From contig JAFGUQ010000089.1 of assembly GCA_016938455.1 (NCBI GenBank), positions 445 to 64,444 on the forward strand: DNA of 64,000 nucleotides, written 5' to 3'. Below are positions 49,285 to 59,676 of this stretch, piece after piece. The translations under genes were made by a program, and so were the position numbers. The DNA is from Clostridia bacterium. GTDB taxonomy: Bacteria; Bacillota; Clostridia; DUPQ01. A model generated the notes under the pieces. That model had not been told where the DNA came from. It made no database searches and saw nothing but the letters and a program-made list of their open reading frames with translations. Each line of letters starts with the position of its first letter. Position 1 is the first letter of the stretch.

Positions 49285-50037
49285 ATGACAAACATATTGT
49301 CAAAAAGTCAAATAGAAAAAATGCACGATGCCGGCAAAATTGTAGCTTTATGTCATGAAAAACTGAGAGACTTCATAAAGCCAGGCATAACCACCAGAGA
49401 AATTGACAGATTTGTCGAATCGCTGATACTTAAACATAAAGCAATACCAGAACAAAAAGGATATACAGGGTATCCTTTCGCTACATGCACTTCGGTTAAT
49501 GATGAAATATGCCATGCTTTTCCGAGCAGTTATGTCATCAAAGACGGAGATCTCCTGAAAGTCGATTTTGTAGTGAACTTAAACGGGTGGCTTGGAGATT
49601 CTGCGTGGTGTTATGCTGTTGGGAACCTGTCACCTAAAGCAAAACTGCTGATGGATACTACCAGAGAATGTCTGTATCTGGGTATTGAACAAGCCAAAGT
49701 CGGGCATAGAGTAGGAGATATAGGTGCCGCCATACAGGCTCATGCAGAAGCAAGGGGATTTTCGGTCGTCAGGGAATACACCGGACATGGCATCAGCAGA
49801 GAAATGCATGACGGGCTGATCATTCCTCATTACGGAACAGCCGGAAAAGGGCCGAGAATCAAAGAAGGAATGGTATTTACCATTGAACCAATGATAAATG
49901 AAGGCCGTTTTCATTATAAACTTGATGACGACGGATGGACAGCAAGAACGCTTGACGGCAGCTTGTCAGCACAGTTTGAGCATACAATTGCCATTACTAA
50001 AGAAGGCAACACTATTTTAACTAAACAGGGAGAATAA
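49285..50037 (+). CDS. map: Methionine aminopeptidase type I
   Basis: MetAP-I metal-ligand pattern (D, D, H, E, E) in conserved blocks. Start chosen at MTNILSKSQIEKM; it is uncertain, and the ORF could begin at 49252. Confidence 0.8.
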   Translation: MTNILSKSQIEKMHDAGKIVALCHEKLRDFIKPGITTREIDRFVESLILKHKAIPEQKGYTGYPFATCTSVNDEICHAFPSSYVIKDGDLLKVDFVVNLNGWLGDSAWCYAVGNLSPKAKLLMDTTRECLYLGIEQAKVGHRVGDIGAAIQAHAEARGFSVVREYTGHGISREMHDGLIIPHYGTAGKGPRIKEGMVFTIEPMINEGRFHYKLDDDGWTARTLDGSLSAQFEHTIAITKEGNTILTKQGE

Positions 50038-50856
50038 ATGTACGAAATTGTAGAAAAACGCGTGTTGAATGAAAATGTGAAACTGATGAAAATCAATGCT
50101 CCGCTCATAGCAAAAAAAGCAATGCCGGGGCAGTTCATTATATTAAGAATAGATGACAAAGGGGAGAGAATCCCATTGACTGTGGCTGATTATGACAGAG
50201 AAGCAGGACTGATCACTATCATATTCCAGGAGGTGGGATTAACAACAATCAGGCTCGGAAAACTTGAAAAGGGTGATTTTCTGCTTGATTTTGTAGGACC
50301 TCTTGGAACACCCAGCCATCTTGAAGGATACAAACATGCCTGTGTCATCGGTGGTGGGCTTGGTACTGCTATCGCTTATCCTCAAGCTAAAGCACTTCAT
50401 GAACTTGGCTGTCAGGTGGATATGATTAATGGATTCAGAAACAAAGACCTCATTATTCTTGAAGAGGAATGTAAATCGGTCGCTGACAACTTATATATTA
50501 CTACTGATGACGGATCCAATGGAACAAAAGGGTTTGTCACTGATATTCTTAAAGAACAGATTCAACATAAGACCTATGATCTGGTGATTGCCATCGGGCC
50601 GCTTATCATGATGAAATTTGTCTCAAAGCTAACTAAAGAGCATAACATAAAAACAATTGTCAGTATGAACCCTGTCATGGTGGATGGAACCGGAATGTGC
50701 GGCGGATGCCGGGTGACTGTTGACGGGAAAACAAAATTTGCCTGTGTTGATGGTCCTGATTTCGATGGCCATCTGGTTGATTTCGATGAAGCGATGATGC
50801 GACAGAAAATGTATAAAAAAGAAGAGAACCATAAATGTAATCTGGAGAAATACTGA
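50038..50856 (+). CDS. nfnA: NfnA/SudB-like FAD/NAD-binding 2Fe-2S subunit (PyrK family) of an NfnAB-type transhydrogenase
   Basis: FNR-like domain with a C-terminal CGGCRV...C iron-sulfur cluster. Adjacent to a GltD-like subunit. Confidence 0.7.
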   Translation: MYEIVEKRVLNENVKLMKINAPLIAKKAMPGQFIILRIDDKGERIPLTVADYDREAGLITIIFQEVGLTTIRLGKLEKGDFLLDFVGPLGTPSHLEGYKHACVIGGGLGTAIAYPQAKALHELGCQVDMINGFRNKDLIILEEECKSVADNLYITTDDGSNGTKGFVTDILKEQIQHKTYDLVIAIGPLIMMKFVSKLTKEHNIKTIVSMNPVMVDGTGMCGGCRVTVDGKTKFACVDGPDFDGHLVDFDEAMMRQKMYKKEENHKCNLEKY

Positions 50857-52244
50857 TGCCAAACATGAAAGCCACAAAAAATGATATGCCTGAGCAGAAC
50901 CCGGAGATAAGGAACAAGAACTTTTCTGAAGTAGCACTGGGGTACACAAAGGAACTGGCGCTTGACGAGGCCTTGAGATGTCTTCAGTGCAAACACAAAC
51001 CTTGTGTAAGCGGCTGTCCTGTCAATGTTGACATTCCTGCTTTCATCAGTGAAATCATCAATGATGACATCATTAAAGCCTATGAAATCATCAAAGGCAC
51101 TAATTCGCTTCCTGCAATCTGCGGAAGAGTCTGTCCTCAGGAAAGCCAGTGTGAGATGCTGTGTGTCAGAGGAATCAAACATGAACCGGTAGCTATTGGA
51201 AGACTTGAAAGATATGTTGCTGATTATGCCCTTTCAAGATATGAAAAGAAACCATCATCCATCATCAGAAAAGAAAGAAAAGTCGCCATTGTCGGAGGAG
51301 GTCCGGCGGGATTGACCTGCGCAGGAGACCTGGCAGGACTTGGATATGATGTCACCATCTTTGAAGCTTTTCATGAAGCAGGAGGCGTTCTTGTCTATGG
51401 AATTCCTGAATTCAGACTGCCTAAGCAGCTTGTTAAAAAGGAAATAAGCACACTGATTGATTTAGGTGTCGATATAAAAACTAATATGGTCATTGGACGA
51501 ATACTTGATATTAAAGAGCTTCTCAATGACTTTGATGCCGTGTTTATCGGAACCGGTGCCGGATTACCTAAATTCATGAATATTGATGGAGAAAACTATA
51601 ATGGCGTTTATTCCTCCAATGAATTTTTAACCAGAATCAATCTGATGAAAGCATATCAGTTCCCACTGGTTGATACCCCTGTTAAAGTGGGGAAAAATGT
51701 AGCAGTAGTAGGTGGAGGAAATGTGGCAATGGATGCGGCCAGATCAGCAAAACGGCTTGGTGCTGAAAATGTCTATATTATCTATAGAAGAAGCGAAAAA
51801 GAACTTCCTGCCAGGGAAGAGGAAGTGCATCATGCCAAGCAGGAAGGCATCATATTCAATATGCTGTTGAACCCAACAAAAATATTGGGTGATTCTGAAG
51901 GAAATGTAGCAGGCATAGAATGCATAAGAATGGAATTAGGTGAACCTGACAGCAGTGGAAGAAGAAGTCCTGTTCCCATTATTGGAAGTGAATATACCAT
52001 CGATGTTGATACGGTAATCATGGCGATAGGACAAACACCCAACCCGTTGATCAAAAACACGACCAAAGAACTGGAAACGCAAAAATGGGGTGGAATAATT
52101 GTCAATGAAGCAACAATGGCAACGAGCATTGAAGGCGTTTATGCCGGAGGAGATATTGTAACAGGTGCTGCAACAGTTATATTAGCAATGGGTGCTGGTA
52201 AAAAAGCGGCAAAAGCAATTGATTTGTACATTCAGAGTAAGTAA
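50856..52244 (+). CDS. nfnB: NfnB/GltD-like NADPH-dependent glutamate synthase small-chain family oxidoreductase
   Basis: Two 4Fe-4S cysteine motifs followed by two dinucleotide-binding motifs (IVGGGPAGL, VVGGGNVAMD). Confidence 0.75.
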   Translation: MPNMKATKNDMPEQNPEIRNKNFSEVALGYTKELALDEALRCLQCKHKPCVSGCPVNVDIPAFISEIINDDIIKAYEIIKGTNSLPAICGRVCPQESQCEMLCVRGIKHEPVAIGRLERYVADYALSRYEKKPSSIIRKERKVAIVGGGPAGLTCAGDLAGLGYDVTIFEAFHEAGGVLVYGIPEFRLPKQLVKKEISTLIDLGVDIKTNMVIGRILDIKELLNDFDAVFIGTGAGLPKFMNIDGENYNGVYSSNEFLTRINLMKAYQFPLVDTPVKVGKNVAVVGGGNVAMDAARSAKRLGAENVYIIYRRSEKELPAREEEVHHAKQEGIIFNMLLNPTKILGDSEGNVAGIECIRMELGEPDSSGRRSPVPIIGSEYTIDVDTVIMAIGQTPNPLIKNTTKELETQKWGGIIVNEATMATSIEGVYAGGDIVTGAATVILAMGAGKKAAKAIDLYIQSK

Positions 52245-52259
52245 CCTGTTACTGTTGTT

Positions 52260-53636
52260 ATGAAAAAATTACAAAGATTATTCAGGAAACTGATCACATT
52301 ATTAATATATAGAAACGATACTCAATTAATGACTTATCCAGGTAAAAAAGACAGGGATTGGTTTATCAAGCAGACAATTTACGGTACACTGTTCGGCACT
52401 TTGACCGGAGGTGTTTTCCTGACTGGTTTATTCATTGAGATGAACACCTCTGACTCAATTATGGGGTATCTTCCCAATATCGGCAGTATTGCCGGTATTA
52501 TGGTCATCTTTGCGGGAATCATCATTGAAAAACTGAAAAGCAGACGTAAATATATCGTTGTCATGAATATCATTGCCAAAACACTGATTGCCGGTGTGGT
52601 ATGGCTGCCAAGAATATTGCCTGCTGACATTGCTCCTTATGCTATGATAGCCTGTGTCTTTATCGGATACAGTGTCAATGCATTCATGGGACTTGCCATC
52701 AACAGTCTTTTCATAGATGTGGTGGATGAGAAAATACGTGGCAGATACATGGGTGTCAAACAGATATTTGCACTGATTGTCACAGCGATTGTTCCAGTGG
52801 TTTTAGGTCGTTTCGTAGATATATCAGGTGATAAATACCTTACTTTCTGTATCTTCTATACAGTGGCCTGGTTTTTAATGTGGGCGGAAACTCACTCTTT
52901 TGCTAAAATCACTGATCCTGAATTCAAGCACCTTGACCAGAAGAAAATAAGGCTCAAAGATATGATCGTTATTCCAATCAGGAACAAGGAATTCATGAAG
53001 ATGATGGGAACTTTTGTAGTATTCTATTTTGCCTGGTTCATTTCCATGTCATTTGCATCAGTATATCAGATTAAATATCTGGAGCTTCCTTATGTGTTCA
53101 TTGCAGGTGCAGCAACATTCAATGCTGTGCTTCAGATGTTCCTTTATCCGCTCTGGGGTAAGTTCATTGATAAGTACGGAGCAGAACTGACCAGGAATAT
53201 TGCAATAGGAATGTATATGATTCATGCTCTTTTATATATCTTCTTCACCAGGGAGAATGCCTATGTATGGCTTGTGCTGCTAAACTTGAATGCAGCCATC
53301 ATGGGCCCTGCATGGATGCTTGGAGTTTTCAATACAAAGTACTCGATCATTCCAGCTGAAGGCCGTACAATCTATGATGGTTTCTTTACAAGCGTCATCG
53401 GGGTGATTATTGTCGCTGCCCCTGCTGTAGGGAACCTTATCAGAAGCTTCATTCTGAAAAGCAACATCACTTTTCTGTCATTTCCTCAGTTCAGGCTGAT
53501 GTTTGCATTGACATTTGCTCTGCTGGTGATTCAGATGATATTTATCATTATTCGTTCTAAAAAGAAGAACAATATGGAAATGGAACGATTGTTAATTCAT
53601 TCTATAAAAAACCGAAAAAGGAGAAAAAAGGCATGA
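52260..53636 (+). CDS. MFS-type transporter (glycoside-pentoside-hexuronide-like)
   Basis: Twelve-TM MFS topology. 458 aa. Confidence 0.65.
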   Translation: MKKLQRLFRKLITLLIYRNDTQLMTYPGKKDRDWFIKQTIYGTLFGTLTGGVFLTGLFIEMNTSDSIMGYLPNIGSIAGIMVIFAGIIIEKLKSRRKYIVVMNIIAKTLIAGVVWLPRILPADIAPYAMIACVFIGYSVNAFMGLAINSLFIDVVDEKIRGRYMGVKQIFALIVTAIVPVVLGRFVDISGDKYLTFCIFYTVAWFLMWAETHSFAKITDPEFKHLDQKKIRLKDMIVIPIRNKEFMKMMGTFVVFYFAWFISMSFASVYQIKYLELPYVFIAGAATFNAVLQMFLYPLWGKFIDKYGAELTRNIAIGMYMIHALLYIFFTRENAYVWLVLLNLNAAIMGPAWMLGVFNTKYSIIPAEGRTIYDGFFTSVIGVIIVAAPAVGNLIRSFILKSNITFLSFPQFRLMFALTFALLVIQMIFIIIRSKKKNNMEMERLLIHSIKNRKRRKKA

Positions 53637-55810
53637 AGAAAGAATACTACTTGAATTATGTCAAACAGTCATCTCTGATTGGGAGTGAGACATACGATGA
53701 GGCCATTGTGAAATGGAAAGAACAGTTCGATGCAGATTTCATGTTCGGATATACCTCCCCCGGAAACATATCCAATCAGATTCATCTGGAATCAATAGAA
53801 TATCGCATAAGTAAAGACAGAAAAAAAGCGGAGTCAATCAGATACTATTTGCTTCAGCCAATGGAATTATGCAGTATTTTCCCTGAAGAAGTAAGAAAAC
53901 AGAGAATTGAGTACAAAAGAGGCGTTCCGTTGATGGAACCGCTTTTTCAGCTTCATGCTTATATAAACGGATATACGGAAATATTAGAATCAGGTGTTTT
54001 GAGCAATGAAGATATTTCTGTTATCAAAGAAACTATCATACGGTCAATTATTCCGCTGGTATCATGTCCGGAGTGGGGGGCACACAACCGGTCCATGCTC
54101 CGGGCAAGTGCACTTGCACAAGCATATGAAGCAGTAGGAGAATGTGAAGATACAAAAGGATGGATAGAACTTGCTGATTACCTTGCTGAAGAAAGCATGG
54201 GAAGATGGTCTATTGAAGATGCATCGCATTATATCCCTTTATGGCTGTTCGCCTGTGTCATGTATGCTAAATACAGAAACATTGAAGATGAATATTATTC
54301 AAAACCTCAGACAAAATACTATTTTGATTATATCACTCATCTCATCTGTCCTGATGGGAGAATTCCCGGATTCGGAGATGCATGGTTTCATTCAAACTGG
54401 CAGATCTGGATGGCACTTCTTGAAATGGGAGCGACAAAATACAAATGCGGAAAAATGAAAAAAGCAGCGGAACTGATAGGACTTTATGGTGATATCAAAG
54501 CAAATCATACAATCTCTCCCGGGATTGGTAATTATATGGCTTATGCCTATAAATGGGCTGATGACAGTGTTGAACCTGAAGCGCTTGATTTTGGTTCTGA
54601 GGAAGTGCTTGATGAACTGGTTGGAAAGAAAATCGCTTTCAGAAATGAAGGAACATATTTCTTATATAACTACAGAGATGAAGGGTATTACGGTTATATT
54701 CCAAGACGGTATCTCAGAACATCCATTCCGGTAAAAGCTGAGAAAATGCATCATGGCCATGGAGATGAAAACTCTATTGTCACTTTAGTGAAAGACGGAG
54801 ATATTCTGCTCCATGAAGGCGGTTATCGCGACCGTTTGCCGAATGGGAAATACAGAGCGGATATGTATCATAATAAGCTGTCCTTCAGAGAAGGGTTAAA
54901 AGACAAATCATCATCCACTTATGACAAGCTGCATGATGACGGCTACTACAAGCATGTTGATACAGAAAAACTTCATTTTCAAAGTTTTAGTGAGATTGAT
55001 TACCTCAGAACAAGAAATTACTATCGACCTTTCAATCTTGTCTGGGACCGTTCTGTCACATACCTTAAAAAAGATGAAGTGTTCATTATTGTCGATTATG
55101 TCAAGCATAATCAGGACAATGAACTGACAATTGTGAATAATATTCACGTCGAGAAAGCTGATTTAATCAGCGAAGGAGTTTATGAAACCTTTGTCGATAC
55201 CATCAAAAGAGGCCAAAATGATACTTCTCCTTATCAGAATAAAAAAGAATACTCATTGCTAGTTGAGTTTATAAGAAACAAAGAAAACTGTACGCTTGAG
55301 ACAATCAGAAGAAATCATGGTGAAGCTGCCATGCTGTCTGAAGTGGTGTCAAAATCTTATCAAAAGGGAGAGACAGAGATTTTCGTGACAATTCTGACCA
55401 TTAAAAAGAGAAGTGAAGAATCTGAAAATATTGCCGGAAGACTTACTGTAGAAAAAGTGGTAGGGGATAATGAAGCTGTATCGCTGGTTTATAAAGGAAG
55501 TGATACCATTTACCTTACCAGTAAGCTTGACCTTGATCATGGCATTAATGAATATGAGGAAGACAGAGCACCTGCCTATGACTGGGAAAGCGGAAAAATC
55601 AATTACGGTACCATGACAACCGATGCTGATTTCTCCTATCTGATTGACGGGGAAAAGAAAAAATACGGGTTTATTAATGGATGCAGAGTATATTATAATG
55701 ATAAAGAAATATTTGCGACTCCAAGATATACTTCTCGGGACTTCCTGTTGGAATTCTTCAAAGAAATAGATCATAAATGGAGAGCATGGAGTGGTGAGGT
55801 GACTATATGA
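53633..55810 (+). CDS. Heparinase II/III-like family protein (polysaccharide lyase-like)
   Basis: Alpha/alpha-toroid N-terminus and a HGHGDENSI block resembling the heparinase II/III His/Asp motif. 725 aa. Confidence 0.55.
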   Translation: MKKEYYLNYVKQSSLIGSETYDEAIVKWKEQFDADFMFGYTSPGNISNQIHLESIEYRISKDRKKAESIRYYLLQPMELCSIFPEEVRKQRIEYKRGVPLMEPLFQLHAYINGYTEILESGVLSNEDISVIKETIIRSIIPLVSCPEWGAHNRSMLRASALAQAYEAVGECEDTKGWIELADYLAEESMGRWSIEDASHYIPLWLFACVMYAKYRNIEDEYYSKPQTKYYFDYITHLICPDGRIPGFGDAWFHSNWQIWMALLEMGATKYKCGKMKKAAELIGLYGDIKANHTISPGIGNYMAYAYKWADDSVEPEALDFGSEEVLDELVGKKIAFRNEGTYFLYNYRDEGYYGYIPRRYLRTSIPVKAEKMHHGHGDENSIVTLVKDGDILLHEGGYRDRLPNGKYRADMYHNKLSFREGLKDKSSSTYDKLHDDGYYKHVDTEKLHFQSFSEIDYLRTRNYYRPFNLVWDRSVTYLKKDEVFIIVDYVKHNQDNELTIVNNIHVEKADLISEGVYETFVDTIKRGQNDTSPYQNKKEYSLLVEFIRNKENCTLETIRRNHGEAAMLSEVVSKSYQKGETEIFVTILTIKKRSEESENIAGRLTVEKVVGDNEAVSLVYKGSDTIYLTSKLDLDHGINEYEEDRAPAYDWESGKINYGTMTTDADFSYLIDGEKKKYGFINGCRVYYNDKEIFATPRYTSRDFLLEFFKEIDHKWRAWSGEVTI

Positions 55811-56871
55811 ATTTAACAACAAGAGAACGTTTCTTGAGAATGTTTGAACACAGGGAAGCTGACAGAGTACCTGTCTATGATTCTCCATGGAATACCACCA
55901 TCGAGAGATGGCAAAAAGAAGGTCTTCCTGAGACACAGTCATGGGTGGAATATTTTGACTTGGATAAAATTGCCAATATCTCCATTGACAATACTCCCAG
56001 ATTTGAAAAAAAAGTGATTGAAGAAACTGATGAGTATAAAATCTATACTACTGGCATGGGAGCTACTCTGAAGCAGTTCAAACACATCACATCGACTCCT
56101 GATTTTGTCGATTTTACAGTGAAGACTCCGGAGGACTGGAAAAAAGCCAAAGAGCGAATGACTTTTGATGTGTCAAGAATCAATATGGACCACATTAAAA
56201 AGAATTATAAAACATGGAAAAAAGAAGGATACTGGATTGAGCTTGGCGGCTGGTTCGGATTTGACATCACACATTCGTGGTTTGTAGGAACTGAACGGCT
56301 GTTAATGGCTATGGTTACTGATCCTGAATGGGTAGTGGACATGTTTGAAACATATCTTGATCTTGATATTCAAATGATGGATTATCTGCTGGCACAAGGG
56401 TATGAAGTAGACAGCATGAAATGGTATGATGACATGGGATACAAGAATAATCAGTTTTTTTCCATGAGCATGTACAGAGAACTACTAAAACCGATTCATA
56501 AGAAAGCGATTGACTGGGCTCACTCAAAAGGGATCAAAGCTCACCTTCACTCCTGTGGCGATGTCAATCCCTTTATTCCTGAACTGATTGGGATGGGACT
56601 TGACTGCCTTAACCCGCTGGAATTCAAAGCGGGAATGGATGCGGTTAAAATCAAGGGAAAATTCGGCAATGATCTTGTCCTCCATGGGGGAATCAATGCA
56701 GTATTATGGGATGACTGCGATGCCATCATTGCTCAGATCGAAGAAGTGCTGCCTGTTGTCATGAAAGATGGTGGATATATATTTGCTTCAGACCATTCTA
56801 TTCCTGACAGTGTCAGTTTTTCCAACATGAAGAAAATCATTGATAAAGTGAAAGAGATAGGAAGTTATTAA
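55807..56871 (+). CDS. Uroporphyrinogen decarboxylase (URO-D) family protein
   Basis: URO-D fold. 354 aa. Paralog of 16057-17073. Confidence 0.7.
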   Translation: MNLTTRERFLRMFEHREADRVPVYDSPWNTTIERWQKEGLPETQSWVEYFDLDKIANISIDNTPRFEKKVIEETDEYKIYTTGMGATLKQFKHITSTPDFVDFTVKTPEDWKKAKERMTFDVSRINMDHIKKNYKTWKKEGYWIELGGWFGFDITHSWFVGTERLLMAMVTDPEWVVDMFETYLDLDIQMMDYLLAQGYEVDSMKWYDDMGYKNNQFFSMSMYRELLKPIHKKAIDWAHSKGIKAHLHSCGDVNPFIPELIGMGLDCLNPLEFKAGMDAVKIKGKFGNDLVLHGGINAVLWDDCDAIIAQIEEVLPVVMKDGGYIFASDHSIPDSVSFSNMKKIIDKVKEIGSY

Positions 56872-56873
56872 TC

Positions 56874-58502
56874 ATGAAAAAACATTACAGTGAAATTGTT
56901 ACAGCATGTGACAATGGGACAGAAAGAGTTTTAAATACAATCAGAGACAACATGATAATCAGCTATGATGATCTGATGTTTCATCCGGGAGCACAGTTAG
57001 GGTCAGTGCTGACTTTAGCCCCTTCATATTACTGCAGTGATTCAAGGTTCTATAAAAATGAAGAAGTGCTCGATGTGATGCTAAGACTGACAGAAACCAT
57101 GAAGAAAATGCAGCACGATGACGGGACGTTTGATCTTCTTATTTCCAATTTTCATTCTGCACCTGATACCGGTTTCATCATGCATAATACTGTGAGAACT
57201 TACCGTGTCATGGAACACCGTGCAGTAACAGAGAAGGAAGTGTTTCTGAAAAACGAGATATATGAGCTGATCAGAACCTCCGCTAAAGGGCTTTGTGAAG
57301 GCGGTTTTCATACACCGAATCACCGCTGGGTTGAAGCAGCAGGACTTGCCATGGCCTATAACGTGACCAAGGAAACTTATCTGAAAGATATGGCACTGAA
57401 ATATCTGAATGAAGGGCTTGATATTGATGAAAACGGAGAGTGGACAGAACGTTCACCAGGAATCTATAACGCGGTTAGTGATAATGCAGTCATCATTCTG
57501 GCACAGGAGCTGAACAAACCTGAACTCTATGAAGCGGTCACCAAAAATATGGATCTTATGTTTCATTATCTTGATCCGAACGGGGCTGTTTTTACCCAGA
57601 ATTCTGTCAGAGTAGACAAAGGAGAAGGTATGCCGGGTAAAGCTTTTTACCCCACCAACTATTATCAGATTTACCTGGAAATGGCTTATGAATTAAAAAA
57701 CAGGAAATATGCCATGTTTGCAGATCTTATCTTTAACAGCGCACTTCGTAATGGCAGAGGTGTCCCAGGTGCGTTGTGGCTGTTTATGCAAAATGAGGCA
57801 TTGAAAGAATTTGAAATAGAACTTGAAGAGATTCCTGACCAATATGAAGTGTTTTATCAACCATCTAAGATTGTCAGGAAGAGAAATAAGAACCTGGGGA
57901 TCACCATTTTAGGAAACAGCAGCAATTTTCTGTTTGTACAGAATAACAACATGAGATGCTATGTCAGAATGTGCTCCTCTTTTTTTGCAGTAGCTCAATT
58001 CAAACCGGCAGATATCATTAAAACTGATAAAGGATATCAGATGACATTCCATGCACACGGACGCTATCTGCTTCCATTTGATGAAAAACCTGAGACCACT
58101 GACTTTATGAAAATGGATCACAGTAAAAGAGGAACCACCAATCATCTTGACCTTGATTATAAGGTTGATATTGAAATGCTTGATAATGGTGTTAAAATGA
58201 ATGTGAATACCGAAGGATGCGAACGAGTTCCATTTAAACTGGAATTCTGTCTGAGTGGTAACTGCACAGTGAAAACTGACAGTTTCATAATTAAAGGAAC
58301 ACCGGGAGAAAGCATCGTGACAGGTAGTGAAAGCATTGAAGCATTTATAGGAAATGACAGGTTGTCCATCGGTCCGGGATTCATGTCTCATTTTTATGCA
58401 GATGACATGAGAGGATCAGAACCAAAGAGCAGAAATGACTTTACAGTATATTTTACTGACTTTACTAATATAAATAAAACAGTCTATATTAAAGCAGTAT
58501 AG
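56874..58502 (+). CDS. Hypothetical 542-aa protein, possibly an alpha/alpha-toroid polysaccharide-lyase-like protein
   Basis: Intact ORF tightly packed within this operon. GGFHTPNHRW-type motif. No confident family assignment. Confidence 0.3.
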   Translation: MKKHYSEIVTACDNGTERVLNTIRDNMIISYDDLMFHPGAQLGSVLTLAPSYYCSDSRFYKNEEVLDVMLRLTETMKKMQHDDGTFDLLISNFHSAPDTGFIMHNTVRTYRVMEHRAVTEKEVFLKNEIYELIRTSAKGLCEGGFHTPNHRWVEAAGLAMAYNVTKETYLKDMALKYLNEGLDIDENGEWTERSPGIYNAVSDNAVIILAQELNKPELYEAVTKNMDLMFHYLDPNGAVFTQNSVRVDKGEGMPGKAFYPTNYYQIYLEMAYELKNRKYAMFADLIFNSALRNGRGVPGALWLFMQNEALKEFEIELEEIPDQYEVFYQPSKIVRKRNKNLGITILGNSSNFLFVQNNNMRCYVRMCSSFFAVAQFKPADIIKTDKGYQMTFHAHGRYLLPFDEKPETTDFMKMDHSKRGTTNHLDLDYKVDIEMLDNGVKMNVNTEGCERVPFKLEFCLSGNCTVKTDSFIIKGTPGESIVTGSESIEAFIGNDRLSIGPGFMSHFYADDMRGSEPKSRNDFTVYFTDFTNINKTVYIKAV

Positions 58503-58508
58503 AAAGAG

Positions 58509-59666
58509 ATGATTATGAAAAAAAAGTATGACGGGATTGAAGATATTGAAATGCACTATCTTGACGAACCTGAGAAACATCTTGGTTCGATTTCAGTCCC
58601 CATTTATCAGACTTCGCTGTTTTCAAGAAAAACAGGCAATCTGGGTTACCAGTATACCAGAATCAACAATCCTACCATCGAAGTGCCTGAAAAGAAAATA
58701 GCAAAAATGGAAAAAGGTGATGGTGCTTTGCTTTTTTCCTCTGGTATGGCAGCCATTACTGCGGCACTGATGCATTTGGTTAATCAACATTCGCATATTG
58801 TGTATGTCACTGATGTCTATATGCCGACTGAATATTTCATCAGCACTTATCTGAAGGAAAAGTTCGGTGTCACATCCACCTGTTTTCATGCCAATGATTA
58901 TGAAGCGTTTGAAGCTGCAGTCACAGAGAAGACTGATATTATTTATCTGGAAACCTGTGTATCAAATATTTTCAGCATTCCTGATGTGGAAAGAATATGT
59001 AACTTTGCCAAGAAAAGAGGAATAAAGGTCATTATTGACAACACCTATGCCACTCCGATATTCTTTAATCCCCTTGAGCTTGGTGCAGATGTGGTCATTC
59101 ACTCATGCAGTAAATATATTGGCGGTCACAGTGATATCATCGGTGGTGTTCTCATTTCAGACCATGATACAGTGGAAGCGATCAGACATGGTGAAAGAGG
59201 TCTTTACGGAGCCTGCATTGACCCTCATCAGGCATGGCTGGTTTTAAGGAGCCTCAGGACACTGGATATCAGGATGGAAAGACATATGCAGAATGGAATA
59301 ACCATTGCCAGATATCTGGAACAGTCTCCCTATATTGAGAAAGTGATTTATCCTGCACTTGAAAGTCATCCTCAGCATGAGTATGCAGAATCCATTTTCA
59401 GAGGGTATCCTGCTTTGTTCTGCTTTGTCCCTGCCGGTGGAGAGGAAAAAGCGAAATTGCTGTTCAGCCATTGTGAGTATCCTGAAAAAGGACCCAGCTG
59501 GGGAGGGTTTGAAACCATCATGAATTCCCCTGGATTTTCAATTGATCCAATCCGAAGAGAAAAAACAGGTATATTACCTGGTCAGATCAGAATTTCAATC
59601 GGACTTGAAGATACAGACAGACTGATTGAGGATTTTGAACAGGCATTTAATAAAACTTATAGATAA
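58509..59666 (+). CDS. PLP-dependent trans-sulfuration family enzyme (cystathionine gamma-synthase/beta-lyase/methionine gamma-lyase-like)
   Basis: SCSKYIGGHSD PLP-lysine motif. 385 aa. Confidence 0.8.
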   Translation: MIMKKKYDGIEDIEMHYLDEPEKHLGSISVPIYQTSLFSRKTGNLGYQYTRINNPTIEVPEKKIAKMEKGDGALLFSSGMAAITAALMHLVNQHSHIVYVTDVYMPTEYFISTYLKEKFGVTSTCFHANDYEAFEAAVTEKTDIIYLETCVSNIFSIPDVERICNFAKKRGIKVIIDNTYATPIFFNPLELGADVVIHSCSKYIGGHSDIIGGVLISDHDTVEAIRHGERGLYGACIDPHQAWLVLRSLRTLDIRMERHMQNGITIARYLEQSPYIEKVIYPALESHPQHEYAESIFRGYPALFCFVPAGGEEKAKLLFSHCEYPEKGPSWGGFETIMNSPGFSIDPIRREKTGILPGQIRISIGLEDTDRLIEDFEQAFNKTYR

Positions 59667-59676
59667 GGAGAGAGAA

